In this document: positions 19,611 to 30,066 of the stretch, in pieces
Layout of the letters: the number at the start of each line of letters is the position of its first letter
How positions within the stretch are numbered: the first letter of the stretch is position 1
Assembly (NCBI GenBank): GCA_027858235.1
Contig: JAQIDC010000028.1
Span: 11,184 to 75,183, forward strand
DNA length: 64,000 nt
Direction of reading: 5' to 3'
Origin: Patescibacteria group bacterium
GTDB lineage: Bacteria; Patescibacteriota; Patescibacteriia; Patescibacteriales; BM507
Program-made: the position numbers and the translations under genes
The notes under the pieces: generated by a model
The model's database searches: none
What the model saw: the letters and a program-made list of their open reading frames with translations, nothing else
Told to the model about the DNA's origin: nothing

Positions 19611-20300
19611 TTATTTCTTTTTTCCAATTACTTCCCCTTTGGCGGTTTCAGACCCTTTTTCAAATACTGTTCCTTTGTAAATCCAAACCTTAATCCCAAT
19701 AGCTCCAAAAGTAGTTCTAGCTACTCCACGAGAGTAATCAATATCAGCTCTCAGGGTATGCAGGGGAACTTTTCCTGAAGACAATTTCTCACTTCTGGCA
19801 ATTTCTGCTCCGTTTAGTCTCCCGGCAACCTGAACCTTAACACCTAGGGCTCCAGCTCTCTCGACTCTTGAAATTGCTTGTTTCATAACTCTTCTAAATG
19901 GCATTCTTTTCTCTATCTCTAGGGCCATTTGTTGCAACACAATTTGTGATGAAAGACTTGGTCTATCTACCTCAAAAATATTTAAATTAATATCCCCTAA
20001 TCTGAAATTTTTTAAAAATTTAGCGTGTATTTTCTTTTTCAAATCCTCAGCACCAGTTCCTCCTCTCCCAATAATAACTCCTGGTTTTGCAGTGTGGATT
20101 GAAACACCAATTTTTTTAGCACTTCTCTCAACTTCCACCTTATCAACACCGGCTTCTCTTAGCTCATGAAGTAAAAATCTTTTTACTCTAACGTCTTGCT
20201 CAAGATTTTTTGAATATGTTTGTCCCACGTTGAACCATTTTGATGTCCAAGCTTTGGTGATTGATATTCTAAATATTTTTGGATTAATTTTTTTACCCAT
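19611..20300 (-). CDS. rpsC: Ribosomal protein S3
   Basis: Sequence similarity and operon position. Confidence 0.9.
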   Translation of the reverse strand: MGKKINPKIFRISITKAWTSKWFNVGQTYSKNLEQDVRVKRFLLHELREAGVDKVEVERSAKKIGVSIHTAKPGVIIGRGGTGAEDLKKKIHAKFLKNFRLGDINLNIFEVDRPSLSSQIVLQQMALEIEKRMPFRRVMKQAISRVERAGALGVKVQVAGRLNGAEIARSEKLSSGKVPLHTLRADIDYSRGVARTTFGAIGIKVWIYKGTVFEKGSETAKGEVIGKKK

Positions 20301-20363
20301 ATTTATTATAAATTTATTATTTTATATTTCTTTGTCTTTCTGTGATTTTGTATAAGTGATTAT

Positions 20364-20948
20364 TTATCCACTTTTTCTTCTAAAAACTTTTTTAGCAAAC
20401 CCCTTGGACCCACCCTCGGCATTTTTTGTGTGACCTTCAGGCTTTGTGTCTGCTACTTTTTCTTGAGCAGGAACTGCTGAACTAGTTTCAGCACTTTTAG
20501 TTGTTCCTGTTTCTTTCTTATTAATTTTTTCTTCCTTCTTTTCTTTCTTCGCTTGCTCTCCTAATTTAACAGGGGCATCAATCTTTTGCTTTTTAGCTTT
20601 TTTCTCACCACTGTCCTTGATTTCTCCCAAAACAACGCTTACATGGCTAGTTCTTTTTCTAATTGGAGTAGCTCTTCCGTGTGCTCTTGGCATCCATCTT
20701 TTCAAAGTAGCTCCTTCATCAACCCTAATTTCTTTAATAAAAAGATTGTCTTTTGAAAGTTCGAAAGCATTTTCAGCGTTAGCAATTGCAGAATTTATCA
20801 ACTTTGACACTGAACCCGTTACTCTTTTATTTACAAATTTTAATTGGTCAAGTGCTTTCTCAACCGGCATTCCACGAACAAGATCAACGACTAATCTAGT
20901 CTTCCTAGCTGAGGTTCTCAAATGTTTTACGTTTGCTTTTATTTCCAT
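20364..20948 (-). CDS. rplV: Ribosomal protein L22 with a C-terminal extension
   Basis: L22 core plus a Lys/Glu-rich tail. Confidence 0.85.
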   Translation of the reverse strand: MEIKANVKHLRTSARKTRLVVDLVRGMPVEKALDQLKFVNKRVTGSVSKLINSAIANAENAFELSKDNLFIKEIRVDEGATLKRWMPRAHGRATPIRKRTSHVSVVLGEIKDSGEKKAKKQKIDAPVKLGEQAKKEKKEEKINKKETGTTKSAETSSAVPAQEKVADTKPEGHTKNAEGGSKGFAKKVFRRKSG

Positions 20949-20992
20949 ATATTTATATTATTCTATTTTTGAAATATCCTAAAATCTTTTAA

Positions 20993-21268
20993 TTATTTCT
21001 GAGCTTTTGCCATTTTACCACCGTGGCTAACAAATTTTCTAGTAGGTGCAAATTCTCCTAACTTATGTCCAACCATGTTTTCAGTCACATAAACAAGTGA
21101 ATGAGCCTTTCCATTGTGAACACCAAAAGTGAAACCAACCATTTCCGGAGTTACTGTACTTGATCTATCCCAAACTTTCAGTACAGTTTTATCACCAGGA
21201 TTCATCGCTACAACTTTTTTTTGTAATCTTTCGTTGATATATGGTCCTTTTTTTAAACTTCTTGACAT
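20993..21268 (-). CDS. rpsS: Ribosomal protein S19
   Basis: Sequence similarity and operon position. Confidence 0.9.
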   Translation of the reverse strand: MSRSLKKGPYINERLQKKVVAMNPGDKTVLKVWDRSSTVTPEMVGFTFGVHNGKAHSLVYVTENMVGHKLGEFAPTRKFVSHGGKMAKAQK

Positions 21269-21271
21269 ATT

Positions 21272-21338
21272 ATATTTACCCTTGTGAAATCTTGCATTGC
21301 AAGAATTTTTTCAAAATTATTCCACTGGGTTAACTTAA
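21272..21338 (-). repeat. Structured intergenic repeat, copy 3 of 3 (rplB-rpsS spacer), followed by the GC palindrome CCGTCAGCTGACGG (21361-21374)
   Basis: CCCTTGTGAAAT-CTTGCATTGCAAG-AATTTTTTCAAAATT-ATTCCACTGGG. Confidence 0.6.
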
Positions 21339-21391
21339 TTATTACCTTGTCTCGCCACATCCGTCAGCTGACGGAGTAGGCGGATTATTTA

Positions 21392-22231
21392 TTATTTCTT
21401 TTTCTTTCTTCTCTGGATAATTAGTTTATCTGAAGATTTTGATTTCCTTCTAGTTTTAACACCCAATGCTGGCTTACCCCATGGAGTCTTTGGATGTTTA
21501 AGACCAATAGATTGGTTGCCTTCACCACCTCCATGTGGATGATCAACTGGATTCATAGCAGAACCACGAACAGTTGGTCTTATTCCAAGATGTCTCTTTC
21601 TACCAGCTGAACCTAATTTAATATGCCTCTTATCAACATTTGAAACTCGTCCAATAGTACACATCGCTTCTTTCTTAACAAGTCTAATTTCTCCTGAAGG
21701 TAGTTTTAATTGGGCAAATTTTCCTTCTACTCCCATAACATGTAGTGCATTCCCTGCACCACGAGCTAATTTTGCTCCATGTCCTGGTTCGATTTCAACA
21801 CAACTTACAGGAACACCAGCTGGAATATATTTAAGTGGCATTGCATTACCATCTTTGATGGTAATTTTATTGCTTGAACTTAATATTTCATCTCCAACTT
21901 GTGTTTTGGTTGGTTTTATAATATATCTTTTTTCACCATCTGCATAATTAAGAAGGGCTAATCTAGCCCCTCTGTTTGGGTCATATTCAATAGCAACTAC
22001 TTTAGCAGGAATATCCAATTTGTCTCTTTTCATGTCAACAATTCTAACTGCTCTTTTAGCTCCGCCACCTCTATGTCTGATAGTTATCTTCCCTTGATTG
22101 TTCCTTCCTCCAGTTTTTTTCTTTGGAATAACTAATCTTTTTTCAGGAGTTGTTTTCGTTATATCAGCAAAATCATCGAAGGTTGCACTTCTTCTTCCTG
22201 GTGTAGTTGGTTTTACTTTTTTAATACCCAT
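21392..22231 (-). CDS. rplB: Ribosomal protein L2
   Basis: Sequence similarity and operon position. Confidence 0.9.
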   Translation of the reverse strand: MGIKKVKPTTPGRRSATFDDFADITKTTPEKRLVIPKKKTGGRNNQGKITIRHRGGGAKRAVRIVDMKRDKLDIPAKVVAIEYDPNRGARLALLNYADGEKRYIIKPTKTQVGDEILSSSNKITIKDGNAMPLKYIPAGVPVSCVEIEPGHGAKLARGAGNALHVMGVEGKFAQLKLPSGEIRLVKKEAMCTIGRVSNVDKRHIKLGSAGRKRHLGIRPTVRGSAMNPVDHPHGGGEGNQSIGLKHPKTPWGKPALGVKTRRKSKSSDKLIIQRRKKKK

Positions 22232-22265
22232 ATATTCAAATTTTTAATTTTAAATTCTTAGTTTC

Positions 22266-22715
22266 CTAAACTCCTTCGTAAAGATTTATTGTCTTCCCCT
22301 TCGGAAGAGTAACGATAGCTTTTTTCCAATCCTTCCTTCTGCCAATACTTTTTCCATGCCTAACCTTTTTGCCTTCCATCTTGATAACATTAATAGCAGT
22401 TGGTTTAATTCCGTAAACTTCTTCAAAAGATTTTGCTACTTCAACTTTATTTGTATTAATTGCAACCTCAAAAGTATATTTTCCTAGAGCCCCTTCTATG
22501 CTAGCCTTTTCGGTAATTAATGGTTTAACAAGAATCTTGTAAGCATTCCCGTGTACTTTTTCTTTGTCAGTTTTTTTCACCTGCTTTTCTGAAGCAGAAT
22601 ACAAATCTTTCATAGACTCTTTCTTGCTCTCTTTTTTTTCAGTAGATTTAGTTGTTTTTTTTGCAGCTGACTCCTTGTCGTCATTTTTCTCGTCCGCTTT
22701 TTTAAAAATTCCCAT
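22266..22715 (-). CDS. rplW: Ribosomal protein L23 with an N-terminal extension
   Basis: Sequence similarity and operon position. Confidence 0.85.
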   Translation of the reverse strand: MGIFKKADEKNDDKESAAKKTTKSTEKKESKKESMKDLYSASEKQVKKTDKEKVHGNAYKILVKPLITEKASIEGALGKYTFEVAINTNKVEVAKSFEEVYGIKPTAINVIKMEGKKVRHGKSIGRRKDWKKAIVTLPKGKTINLYEGV

Positions 22716-22741
22716 ATTATTTTAATTCTACCTGCCTGCCG

Positions 22742-22761
22742 GCAGGCAGGAATTTCTGTTA
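22742..22761. repeat. Perfect 20-nt GC palindrome CCTGCCTGCCGGCAGGCAGG between the rplD stop and rplW start
   Basis: Read directly. It is the only GC-rich run in this spacer. Confidence 0.7.
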
Positions 22762-22762
22762 T

Positions 22763-23467
22763 TTACTTATATCTTTGTTCGATTTTTTTGATTGCATCAA
22801 CTGTAATGATTAGTTTTTTGTATCTTAACAAATCAACGATATTAATATTATCAAGATTTATTAATTTAATACCAGCTAGATTGTTTGCTGAATATTTATC
22901 TTTCTCTTCATTATTTGCATTAATAAGAAGCACGCTTCTTTTTACCTTTAATACTTTCTTTTTACCATCTTTAGGGTCAGCTTCTTCTTTTTTAACCTTT
23001 GATTCATTTTTTAAAATTCCTTTTTCAAAACTTGCAACAACTTTATCAAATTCTTTGGTTTTAAAATTTTCAGATACTATTTTATCTAAAATTGCAACAT
23101 TCTTTTCTGCTAGCTTATCTGAAAGAGCCATAAACAAAGCCGCTCTTTTCATTTTCAAATTTAAGTCTTTTGAAAAATTCCTATTTTTTAAGGGTCCGAA
23201 AGCAACACCACCACCAATCCAAATAGGACTTCTGCTTGAACCTGCCCTAGCTCTACCTGTTCCTTTTTGTTTCCAAGGTTTTTTACCACCACCACGAACA
23301 TCGGCTCTTTGTTTTGTATGAGCTAAAATTTGTCTTTCATTAGACATTTGAGCAACAACTGCTTGGTGGACTAAACTTTCTTTCACTTTTACTCCAAAAA
23401 TATTCTCTGGTAAGTTTATGTCTCCAACTACTTCTGCTTTTTGATTGTAAATACTAGCTTTAAGCAT
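22763..23467 (-). CDS. rplD: Ribosomal protein L4
   Basis: Sequence similarity and operon position. Confidence 0.9.
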   Translation of the reverse strand: MLKASIYNQKAEVVGDINLPENIFGVKVKESLVHQAVVAQMSNERQILAHTKQRADVRGGGKKPWKQKGTGRARAGSSRSPIWIGGGVAFGPLKNRNFSKDLNLKMKRAALFMALSDKLAEKNVAILDKIVSENFKTKEFDKVVASFEKGILKNESKVKKEEADPKDGKKKVLKVKRSVLLINANNEEKDKYSANNLAGIKLINLDNINIVDLLRYKKLIITVDAIKKIEQRYK

Positions 23468-23473
23468 ATTATG

Positions 23474-23508
23474 TTTTGAATTTCGAATTTTTAATTTCGA
23501 ATTTTGAA
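23474..23508 (-). repeat. Period-7 tandem repeat (ATTCAAA/ATTCGAA/ATTAAAA/ATTCGAA/ATTCAAA) immediately upstream of the rplD start
   Basis: The minus strand reads AATTCAAAATTCGAAATTAAAAATTCGAAATTCAAAAC, ending 6 nt before the ATG. It fills the rplC-rplD spacer. Confidence 0.6.
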
Positions 23509-24261
23509 TTATTTTTTATTATCTTCTTTCACCTCTTCTTTTGCTTCAATTGGGGCTTCTTCCACTTTTTTATCTTTTTTTTCTTCTTTCGCTTTCTCTT
23601 TCTTCTCTTCAGGCTTTTTATCTTTAACTTCTTCCAAAACTTTAACCTCTCCAGGAGCGTTGAATGAAACAAGAGAATTTCTAGCACCAGGAACTCCTCC
23701 CTTGATGTAGAGAATATTTTTTTCAACATCTATATCAATAATCACACCTCCATTAAAAGTAACTTGATCTCCGCCCATTCTGCCACCCATTCTTGTTCCT
23801 TTAAAAACATGAGCCGGTCCAGTCGCACCAATAGACCCAGGCATTCTTACTTGATCCTTTGTACCATGAGTTGTGATTTGACCAGCGAAACCATGTCTTT
23901 TAACAACCCCTTGAAAACCTTTACCTTTTGAAACAGAGCTCAAGTTAATAGAATCTCCTACTTCAAAACTAGTAACATCAAATCTATCACCTCTCTTGAG
24001 GGAGATTTCTTGGGCTTTAACTCTAAACTCTTTTAAATATCTAAAATTATCGAGCCCTTTAAAGTGCCCGATTTGAGGTTTTTTGATATTTTTTTCTTTT
24101 TTAATACCATACCCAACTTGAACCGCTGAATAACCATCTTTTTTATCGTTTTTTATCTGGACAACTGTACATGGACCAACTTCAACTTTTGTAACTGCTA
24201 CTGCTACGTCATCTCTCCACATTTGAGTCATCTCAATTTTTTTTCCTAAAATAAATTTCAT
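23509..24261 (-). CDS. rplC: Ribosomal protein L3 with a Lys/Glu-rich C-terminal tail
   Basis: Sequence similarity and operon position. Confidence 0.9.
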   Translation of the reverse strand: MKFILGKKIEMTQMWRDDVAVAVTKVEVGPCTVVQIKNDKKDGYSAVQVGYGIKKEKNIKKPQIGHFKGLDNFRYLKEFRVKAQEISLKRGDRFDVTSFEVGDSINLSSVSKGKGFQGVVKRHGFAGQITTHGTKDQVRMPGSIGATGPAHVFKGTRMGGRMGGDQVTFNGGVIIDIDVEKNILYIKGGVPGARNSLVSFNAPGEVKVLEEVKDKKPEEKKEKAKEEKKDKKVEEAPIEAKEEVKEDNKK

Positions 24262-24536
24262 ATATTTTTCTTTCTTGGCAGCGCAAGCTTTTACTTGTTG
24301 CCTTTAAATAAACAAAAACTGGCTTAATCTAAACCAGCTACAATAATACAATATCTATCATCTTAATACTCTAGAAAACAGAAATTTAATTTTATTATAA
24401 TGCTTTTTGTTTGATTTTTACCTCTCTTATAAGTACTAATTATCACCTTAAGACTTTCTTTTATCAATTTAATAAAAGAGTTTTTACAACAATATTCAGT
24501 ACAATAATATTTCAATAATTTACTAAGTACAGTTTA

Positions 24537-24884
24537 CTACATTTTTATCTCGACGTCAACCCCAGCTGGTAAGCTAAGACTAGTCAAATCTTCAATGGTT
24601 TTAGCTGATGGTTCAATAATATCAATCAATCTTTTATGTGTCCTCATCTCATACTGATCACGAGCATCCTTATGAACAAAAGTGGATCTCATAACTGTAT
24701 ACTTTTTCTTTTCAGTTGGAAGAGGGATGGGTCCAAAAATTTGAGCTCCACTTCTTTCTGCTGTTTCGATGATTTTCCTTGTAGATTGATCAATGATTTT
24801 ATGATCAAAAGCCTTAATTCTAATTCTAATTTTTTGTTTAGAATCTTCATTCTCTGTGCTTTCTTTTTTTGTGTCTTTTGGCAT
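24537..24884 (-). CDS. rpsJ: Ribosomal protein S10
   Basis: 115 aa. It is separated from rplC by an unusually long 275-bp AT-rich spacer. Confidence 0.9.
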   Translation of the reverse strand: MPKDTKKESTENEDSKQKIRIRIKAFDHKIIDQSTRKIIETAERSGAQIFGPIPLPTEKKKYTVMRSTFVHKDARDQYEMRTHKRLIDIIEPSAKTIEDLTSLSLPAGVDVEIKM

Positions 24885-24967
24885 AACTGTTTAGTTAGCT
24901 TAATTTTTATCTAAAACCTAATATAGGCATTATAAAGCTCCTTAATAAATTAAGGAGCCCTAAATAT

Positions 24968-26155
24968 CTATTTTGTGATTTTTACAACTGCACCAGCACC
25001 AACTGTTCTTCCACCTTCACGAATAGCAAATCTTTGCTTTTCTTCTAGGGCAACAGGAGCAATAAGTTTAACATTAATGTTAACAGTATCACCAGGCATA
25101 ACCATTTCAGTTCCTGCTGGTAATTCAATCTCTCCAGTTACATCAGTAGTTCTGATATAGAATTGTGGCTTATAACCTTTAAAGAAAGGTTTGTGTCTTC
25201 CGCCTTCATCCTTAGATAGGATATATACTTGAGCTTCAAATTCAGTATGAGGAGTGACAGTTCCAGGGATAGCCAATACTTGACCTCTCTCTACGTCATC
25301 TTTCTTTGTACCTCTCAAAAGAATACCAGCATTATCACCAGCTTGACCTTCAGTAAGTTGTTTATTAAACATCTCAATTCCAGTAACTGTAGTTTTTGCT
25401 GTATCTCTTATACCAACGATTTCAACTTCTGTATTAATTTTTAGAAGTCCTCTTTCGATTCTCCCTGTTACAACAGTTCCTCTACCTTCAATTGAAAATA
25501 CATCTTCAATAGGCATTAAAAAAGGTTTTTCAACATCTCTTACAGGATTTGGGATAAATGAATCAACAGCATCCATTAGATCTAATACAGGTTTTGCATC
25601 ATCTCCTGTTGGATTCTCTAAAGCCTTTAGAGCCGAACCTCTAATGATTGGAGTTTCATCTCCAGGGAATTCGTATTTATTCAATAAATCTTTTACTTCT
25701 TCTTCAACAAGGTCAATGAGTTCTTTATCTTCAACCATGTCACATTTGTTTAGAAATACAACAATATATGGAACACCAACTTGTCTAGCTAGCACAATAT
25801 GCTCTCTTGTTTGAGGCATGGGACCATCTGTTGCAGCTACCACAATGATAGCACCGTCCATTTGAGCAGCACCAGTAATCATGTTCTTTACATAATCAGC
25901 ATGACCTGGACAGTCAACGTGAGCGTAGTGACGCTTGTCTGTTTGATATTCAACGTGAGCAGTAGCAATTGTAATACCACGTTCTTTTTCTTCTGGAGCA
26001 GCATCTATTTGACTAATGTCTTTGCTAGATGCCATTTTGCCCGCAGCTGTTAGCACAGCTAAGATTGCTGCAGTTAATGTAGTCTTACCATGGTCAACGT
26101 GGCCAATTGTACCAATGTTGACATGTGGTAATGATCTGTCGAAAATTTCCGCCAT
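24968..26155 (-). CDS. tuf: Elongation factor Tu
   Basis: [17 protein letters not shown] and NKCD motifs. Confidence 0.95.
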   Translation of the reverse strand: MAEIFDRSLPHVNIGTIGHVDHGKTTLTAAILAVLTAAGKMASSKDISQIDAAPEEKERGITIATAHVEYQTDKRHYAHVDCPGHADYVKNMITGAAQMDGAIIVVAATDGPMPQTREHIVLARQVGVPYIVVFLNKCDMVEDKELIDLVEEEVKDLLNKYEFPGDETPIIRGSALKALENPTGDDAKPVLDLMDAVDSFIPNPVRDVEKPFLMPIEDVFSIEGRGTVVTGRIERGLLKINTEVEIVGIRDTAKTTVTGIEMFNKQLTEGQAGDNAGILLRGTKKDDVERGQVLAIPGTVTPHTEFEAQVYILSKDEGGRHKPFFKGYKPQFYIRTTDVTGEIELPAGTEMVMPGDTVNINVKLIAPVALEEKQRFAIREGGRTVGAGAVVKITK

Positions 26156-26263
26156 GTTAATTTTTTTTTGGCCCCGCTCAGTTTTATGAACGCGTTTTTT
26201 GCCCGACCAACAAAAGGCTGGGCAACCAGCCGAAACTTATTATTTAATTAAAAAATTATATTA

Positions 26264-26716
26264 TTAATAATTTATCTCTTCTAAATATTGCCTATCTTCC
26301 TCAATGATTTCTTCTGTGTCTTTCTTTCTTTCACTGGGAATACTCCAACTTTTCTTAGGCTTTCTTTCCTCTTGACCCAGGTCACCCTCTCCCCCAGGGA
26401 ACCCTCTCTCACCTAGCGGTGATTCACCTTGTCTGACTTCGTCATTCACCTTGTCTTTTAGTGATTCTTCATCATTATTGTCAATATTTTCATCACTGAT
26501 AGTGTCATTTTTCCATAAAGCAATATCGCGATTTATTTTATCAATCATTTCATCCTCTGTCAAGCCACGCAAATCACTAGAAGTTTCGCTTATTTTTTCA
26601 TACTCATCAAGGTTCATTATTGCATAAGCATTTTCTGGTTCATTGTGATCTAGAACCACAAGTTTGTCGCCTGTCTTTCTAATCAATTTTATTATTCTCC
26701 TAAATTGTGAATCCAT
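26264..26716 (-). CDS. Hypothetical acidic protein inserted between fusA and tuf
   Basis: 150 aa, Asp/Glu-rich, no recognisable domain. The position is atypical for a str operon. Confidence 0.5.
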   Translation of the reverse strand: MDSQFRRIIKLIRKTGDKLVVLDHNEPENAYAIMNLDEYEKISETSSDLRGLTEDEMIDKINRDIALWKNDTISDENIDNNDEESLKDKVNDEVRQGESPLGERGFPGGEGDLGQEERKPKKSWSIPSERKKDTEEIIEEDRQYLEEINY

Positions 26717-26931
26717 ATCTTTAAAACTTTAATTCTCCCCCTCCTCATTTTTTAAAAAAATTTATTATTCTAAACAAATAACACTGCTATCGGAAAAATT
26801 CTAAATCCTAATATCTAAATCCTAAATAAATTCTAATCTCAAATACAGTAAGCCTAAAATTATTTTGTAAATTTGATTTTATTATTTTGAATTTGTTTAG
26901 AGTTTAGTGTTTATAATTTAGAGTTTAAAAA

Positions 26932-29031
26932 TTATTTCTTTGCTCTATCTCCCATAATTTTCTCTGCAATATTTTTTGGAACTTCTTCATATTGTAAAAA
27001 TTCCATAGAATAATTTGCTCTACCTTGACTCATGGAACGAAGGTCTGTTGAGTAGCCAAACATTTCTGATAATGGTACTTTAGCATCAATCACTTTTATT
27101 TTTCCTCTATCTGACATTTGATCAATTTGACCTCTCTTTGAACTGATATCACCAACAACACTTCCCATATAATCTTCTGGGGTAGTAACTTCGACTTTCA
27201 TGACTGGCTCAAGTATTACAGCACCGGCTTTTCTACAAGCGTCCTTGAAGGCAAAAATTGAGGCCATTTTAAAAGCTGCTTCACTTGAATCAACTTCATG
27301 GTAAGAACCATCATAAACGGCAACTTTTACATCAACCATTGGATAGTTAGCAAGGACACCTTGGTCCATAGCTTCTCGAACACCTTTTTCAATAGCTGGA
27401 ATATATTCTCTTGGAATAGATCCACCTTTAATTTCATCTTTAAATTCAAAACCACCGCCTTCGATATTTGGCTCAACACGCAAATAAACATGTCCGTATT
27501 GACCACGTCCACCAGATTGTTTAGCATATTTATGTTCTTGCTCAGCTGATGTTCTAATTGTTTCTCTATATGATACTTGTGGCTGACCGACGTTAGCTTC
27601 TACTTTAAATTCTCTCTTCATTCTATCTACAATAATATCTAGGTGAAGTTCACCCATTCCTGAAATCAAAGTCTGATTTGTTTCCTCGTCAGTTTCTACT
27701 CTAAATGTAGGATCTTCTTCGGCTAATTTTTGCAAAGCCATCCCCATTTTTTCTTGATCAGCTTTTGTTTTTGGCTCAACAGCAATTTTAATAACAGGTT
27801 CAGGAAATGTAATCGATTCTAGAATTAATTTTCTATCCCCGCTTGTTAAAGTATTCCCAGTAACTGTATCTTTAAATCCAATAACAGCAGCAATATCTCC
27901 AGCATAAACCTCTTTTACTTCTTCTCTGTGATTGGCATGCATTCTTACAAGTCTTCCAATTCTTTCTTTAGCTCCACTTGTTGTATTATAAACATAAGAA
28001 CCAGATTGAAGAACACCAGAATAAACTCTTACAAAAGTTAATCTTCCTACGAATGGATCAGTAGCAACCTTAAAAGCCAGGGCAGTGAAACCTTCATCAT
28101 CACTAGGATTGACTAGAATCTTCTTTTCTTCATCGTTCACATTCATAGCTTCAAGAGCAGGAACATCTAGGGGTGATGGTAGATATTTTACTACACCGTC
28201 AAGCACTAATTGTACTCCAACATTTTGCAAGGCTGAACCAGCATAAACTGGATATAATTCATTCGCGATAACACCTTTTCTGATAGCTGCACTAAGTTCA
28301 TCAATTGTAATTTCCTCTCCACTTAAATATTTTTCTGTCAAAGTGTCGTCTACCTCAACTACTCTTTCAATTAATTCAGCTCTATATTTTTCAACGATTG
28401 TTTTCATTTCTTCTGGTATTTCAACTTCAATTATTTTTTCACCAAATCCTCCTTCAAACTCATAGGCTTTTTGAGTAAGTAAATCAACAACACCCTTGTG
28501 ATCATTTTCTGATCCAATTGGAAGTTGAATAGCAACTGCCTTTGAACTCAATCTATCTCGAATAGAAGCTAAACTCATTTCAAAGTCTGCTCCCATCTTA
28601 TCCATTTTATTCACAAAGCAAAGTCTTGGCACTTGATATTTATCAGCTTGTCTCCAAACAGTTTCAGATTGTGGCTCAACACCAGCAGATCCATCAAAAA
28701 CAGCGACAGCGCCATCAAGAACACGCAGGGAACGCTCTACTTCAACAGTAAAGTCAACGTGACCAGGAGTGTCAATAATATTTATTCTATTGTCAGCCCA
28801 AAAACAAGTAGTAGCCGCTGATGTAATGGTGATACCTCTTTCTTTCTCTTGTTCCATCCAATCCATATCAGATTCACCAGTATGCGTTTCGCCAATTTTA
28901 TGTTTTTTCCCTGTATAAAATAAAACACGCTCGGTGAACGTAGTTTTTCCAGCATCAATGTGGGCCATGATACCAATATTTCTTGTTTTTTCTAATGAAA
29001 ATTCTCGAGCCATATTATTATTTAGAATCAT
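26932..29031 (-). CDS. fusA: Elongation factor G
   Basis: 699 aa with AHIDAGKTT and DTPGHVDF. Confidence 0.95.
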   Translation of the reverse strand: MILNNNMAREFSLEKTRNIGIMAHIDAGKTTFTERVLFYTGKKHKIGETHTGESDMDWMEQEKERGITITSAATTCFWADNRINIIDTPGHVDFTVEVERSLRVLDGAVAVFDGSAGVEPQSETVWRQADKYQVPRLCFVNKMDKMGADFEMSLASIRDRLSSKAVAIQLPIGSENDHKGVVDLLTQKAYEFEGGFGEKIIEVEIPEEMKTIVEKYRAELIERVVEVDDTLTEKYLSGEEITIDELSAAIRKGVIANELYPVYAGSALQNVGVQLVLDGVVKYLPSPLDVPALEAMNVNDEEKKILVNPSDDEGFTALAFKVATDPFVGRLTFVRVYSGVLQSGSYVYNTTSGAKERIGRLVRMHANHREEVKEVYAGDIAAVIGFKDTVTGNTLTSGDRKLILESITFPEPVIKIAVEPKTKADQEKMGMALQKLAEEDPTFRVETDEETNQTLISGMGELHLDIIVDRMKREFKVEANVGQPQVSYRETIRTSAEQEHKYAKQSGGRGQYGHVYLRVEPNIEGGGFEFKDEIKGGSIPREYIPAIEKGVREAMDQGVLANYPMVDVKVAVYDGSYHEVDSSEAAFKMASIFAFKDACRKAGAVILEPVMKVEVTTPEDYMGSVVGDISSKRGQIDQMSDRGKIKVIDAKVPLSEMFGYSTDLRSMSQGRANYSMEFLQYEEVPKNIAEKIMGDRAKK

Positions 29032-29035
29032 GAAT

Positions 29036-29068
29036 CTTGAATCATGAATCTTGAATTATATATATATT
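29036..29068 (-). repeat. Period-7 tandem repeat (ATTCAAG ATTCATG)x2 immediately upstream of the fusA start
   Basis: The plus strand reads GAATCATGAATCTTGAATCATGAATCTTGAATT. The 14-nt unit is exactly duplicated and ends 4 nt before the ATG. Confidence 0.65.
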
Positions 29069-29274
29069 ATATTTAAATTATAGTTATAAAAGGGAGAACT
29101 AGTCTCCCTTTGTGTTTTTCGGATTAAGTATCACTTTTTTTGAAACACTCGAGAAGCTCTTTTATAGAATCTTCAATTTCATTATCCAATATTTCAAATT
29201 GATTTAGCTTAAGGCGTAATTTGATTACTTGCATCTACAAGGGTCATCATTTTAATATCCTCCTATTCTTTTTG

Positions 29275-29505
29275 TTAGCTTGCTTTAAAGATAAACATAA
29301 ATTTTCTGGTAATCCTAGATATCCAACTGTTACTGACTGGCGTGAGACATCCCTCAGAGTAGACATGACCACAGAGCGGACAAGCATCTATACAAAAAAT
29401 TCTTTCTCCCTTTCCGTCACCCTTCAATTTTTCTCTTACAGATTCAAAATCTTCAAATTCTTCTTTACACTCAGGACATTTATGTTTTTTCCGTGACCAA
29501 TCCAA
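29275..29505 (-). CDS. Hypothetical small zinc-ribbon protein (CPEC...CPLC) between rpsG and fusA
   Basis: 76 aa, starts 16 nt after the rpsG stop, four Cys in two CxxC pairs. Confidence 0.45.
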   Translation of the reverse strand: MDWSRKKHKCPECKEEFEDFESVREKLKGDGKGERIFCIDACPLCGHVYSEGCLTPVSNSWISRITRKFMFIFKAS

Positions 29506-29520
29506 TTCTACCTCCTATAG

Positions 29521-29988
29521 TTATCTTGAAAAATGAGCGAATGCTCTGTTTGACTCAGCCATCTTATGAACTGTTTCTCTCTTTCTTACAGCTGCTCCTT
29601 CACCTTTTGATGCCAAAACTATTTCATCGGCTAGATTCTCTGCCATTGATTTTCCTTTTTTAGCTTTTGAAGCTTCAATTATCCAACGACAACCTAGAGT
29701 GAATCTTCTCTCCCCTCTTACTTGGAAAGGAACTTGGTAGTTAGCACCACCAACTCTTTTACCCCTAACTTCAAGTAATGGAGAAATCTTTTTTAGGGCT
29801 TTATTGAAAATGTGTCTTGGATCTTGTTTTGTTTCTTTTTTAACTATTTCAAAAGCATCATAAACAACTCTTTGAGCAGTAGTTTTTTTACCGTCCTTCA
29901 TTATGTAATTTATGAACTTAGCGACATCAAAATCATTGAATTTAACATCACCGTCAATTTTTCTTTTTGGAGCTTGCTTACCTCTCAT
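29521..29988 (-). CDS. rpsG: Ribosomal protein S7
   Basis: Sequence similarity and str-operon position. Confidence 0.9.
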   Translation of the reverse strand: MRGKQAPKRKIDGDVKFNDFDVAKFINYIMKDGKKTTAQRVVYDAFEIVKKETKQDPRHIFNKALKKISPLLEVRGKRVGGANYQVPFQVRGERRFTLGCRWIIEASKAKKGKSMAENLADEIVLASKGEGAAVRKRETVHKMAESNRAFAHFSR

Positions 29989-30022
29989 ATATATTTATAA
30001 AATTATTAATTATTTCTTACAC

Positions 30023-30066
30023 TTGAGGAAGATGAATTCCCAAGCATACAAAAACCTAAAGGTTTT
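30023..30066. repeat. Two-hairpin repeat, family A copy 2, in the rpsL-rpsG spacer
   Basis: CTTGAGGAAGATGAATTCCCAAGCATACAAAAACCTAAAGGTTTT is about 90% identical to the reverse complement of 755..804. Confidence 0.6.

Noticed and set aside
22788-23321. Plus-strand 177-aa ORF, and similar antisense ORFs at 38856..39353, 9016..9459, 44469..45041 and 10448..10792
   Set aside because: Each lies wholly antisense within a conserved gene (rplD, the RND permease, the CaCA exchanger, a lipoprotein, the ABC permease) and reflects codon-bias shadow.
23529-23729. Lys-rich 66-aa ORF on the minus strand
   Set aside because: It is an alternate frame of the Lys/Glu-rich C-terminal tail of rplC.
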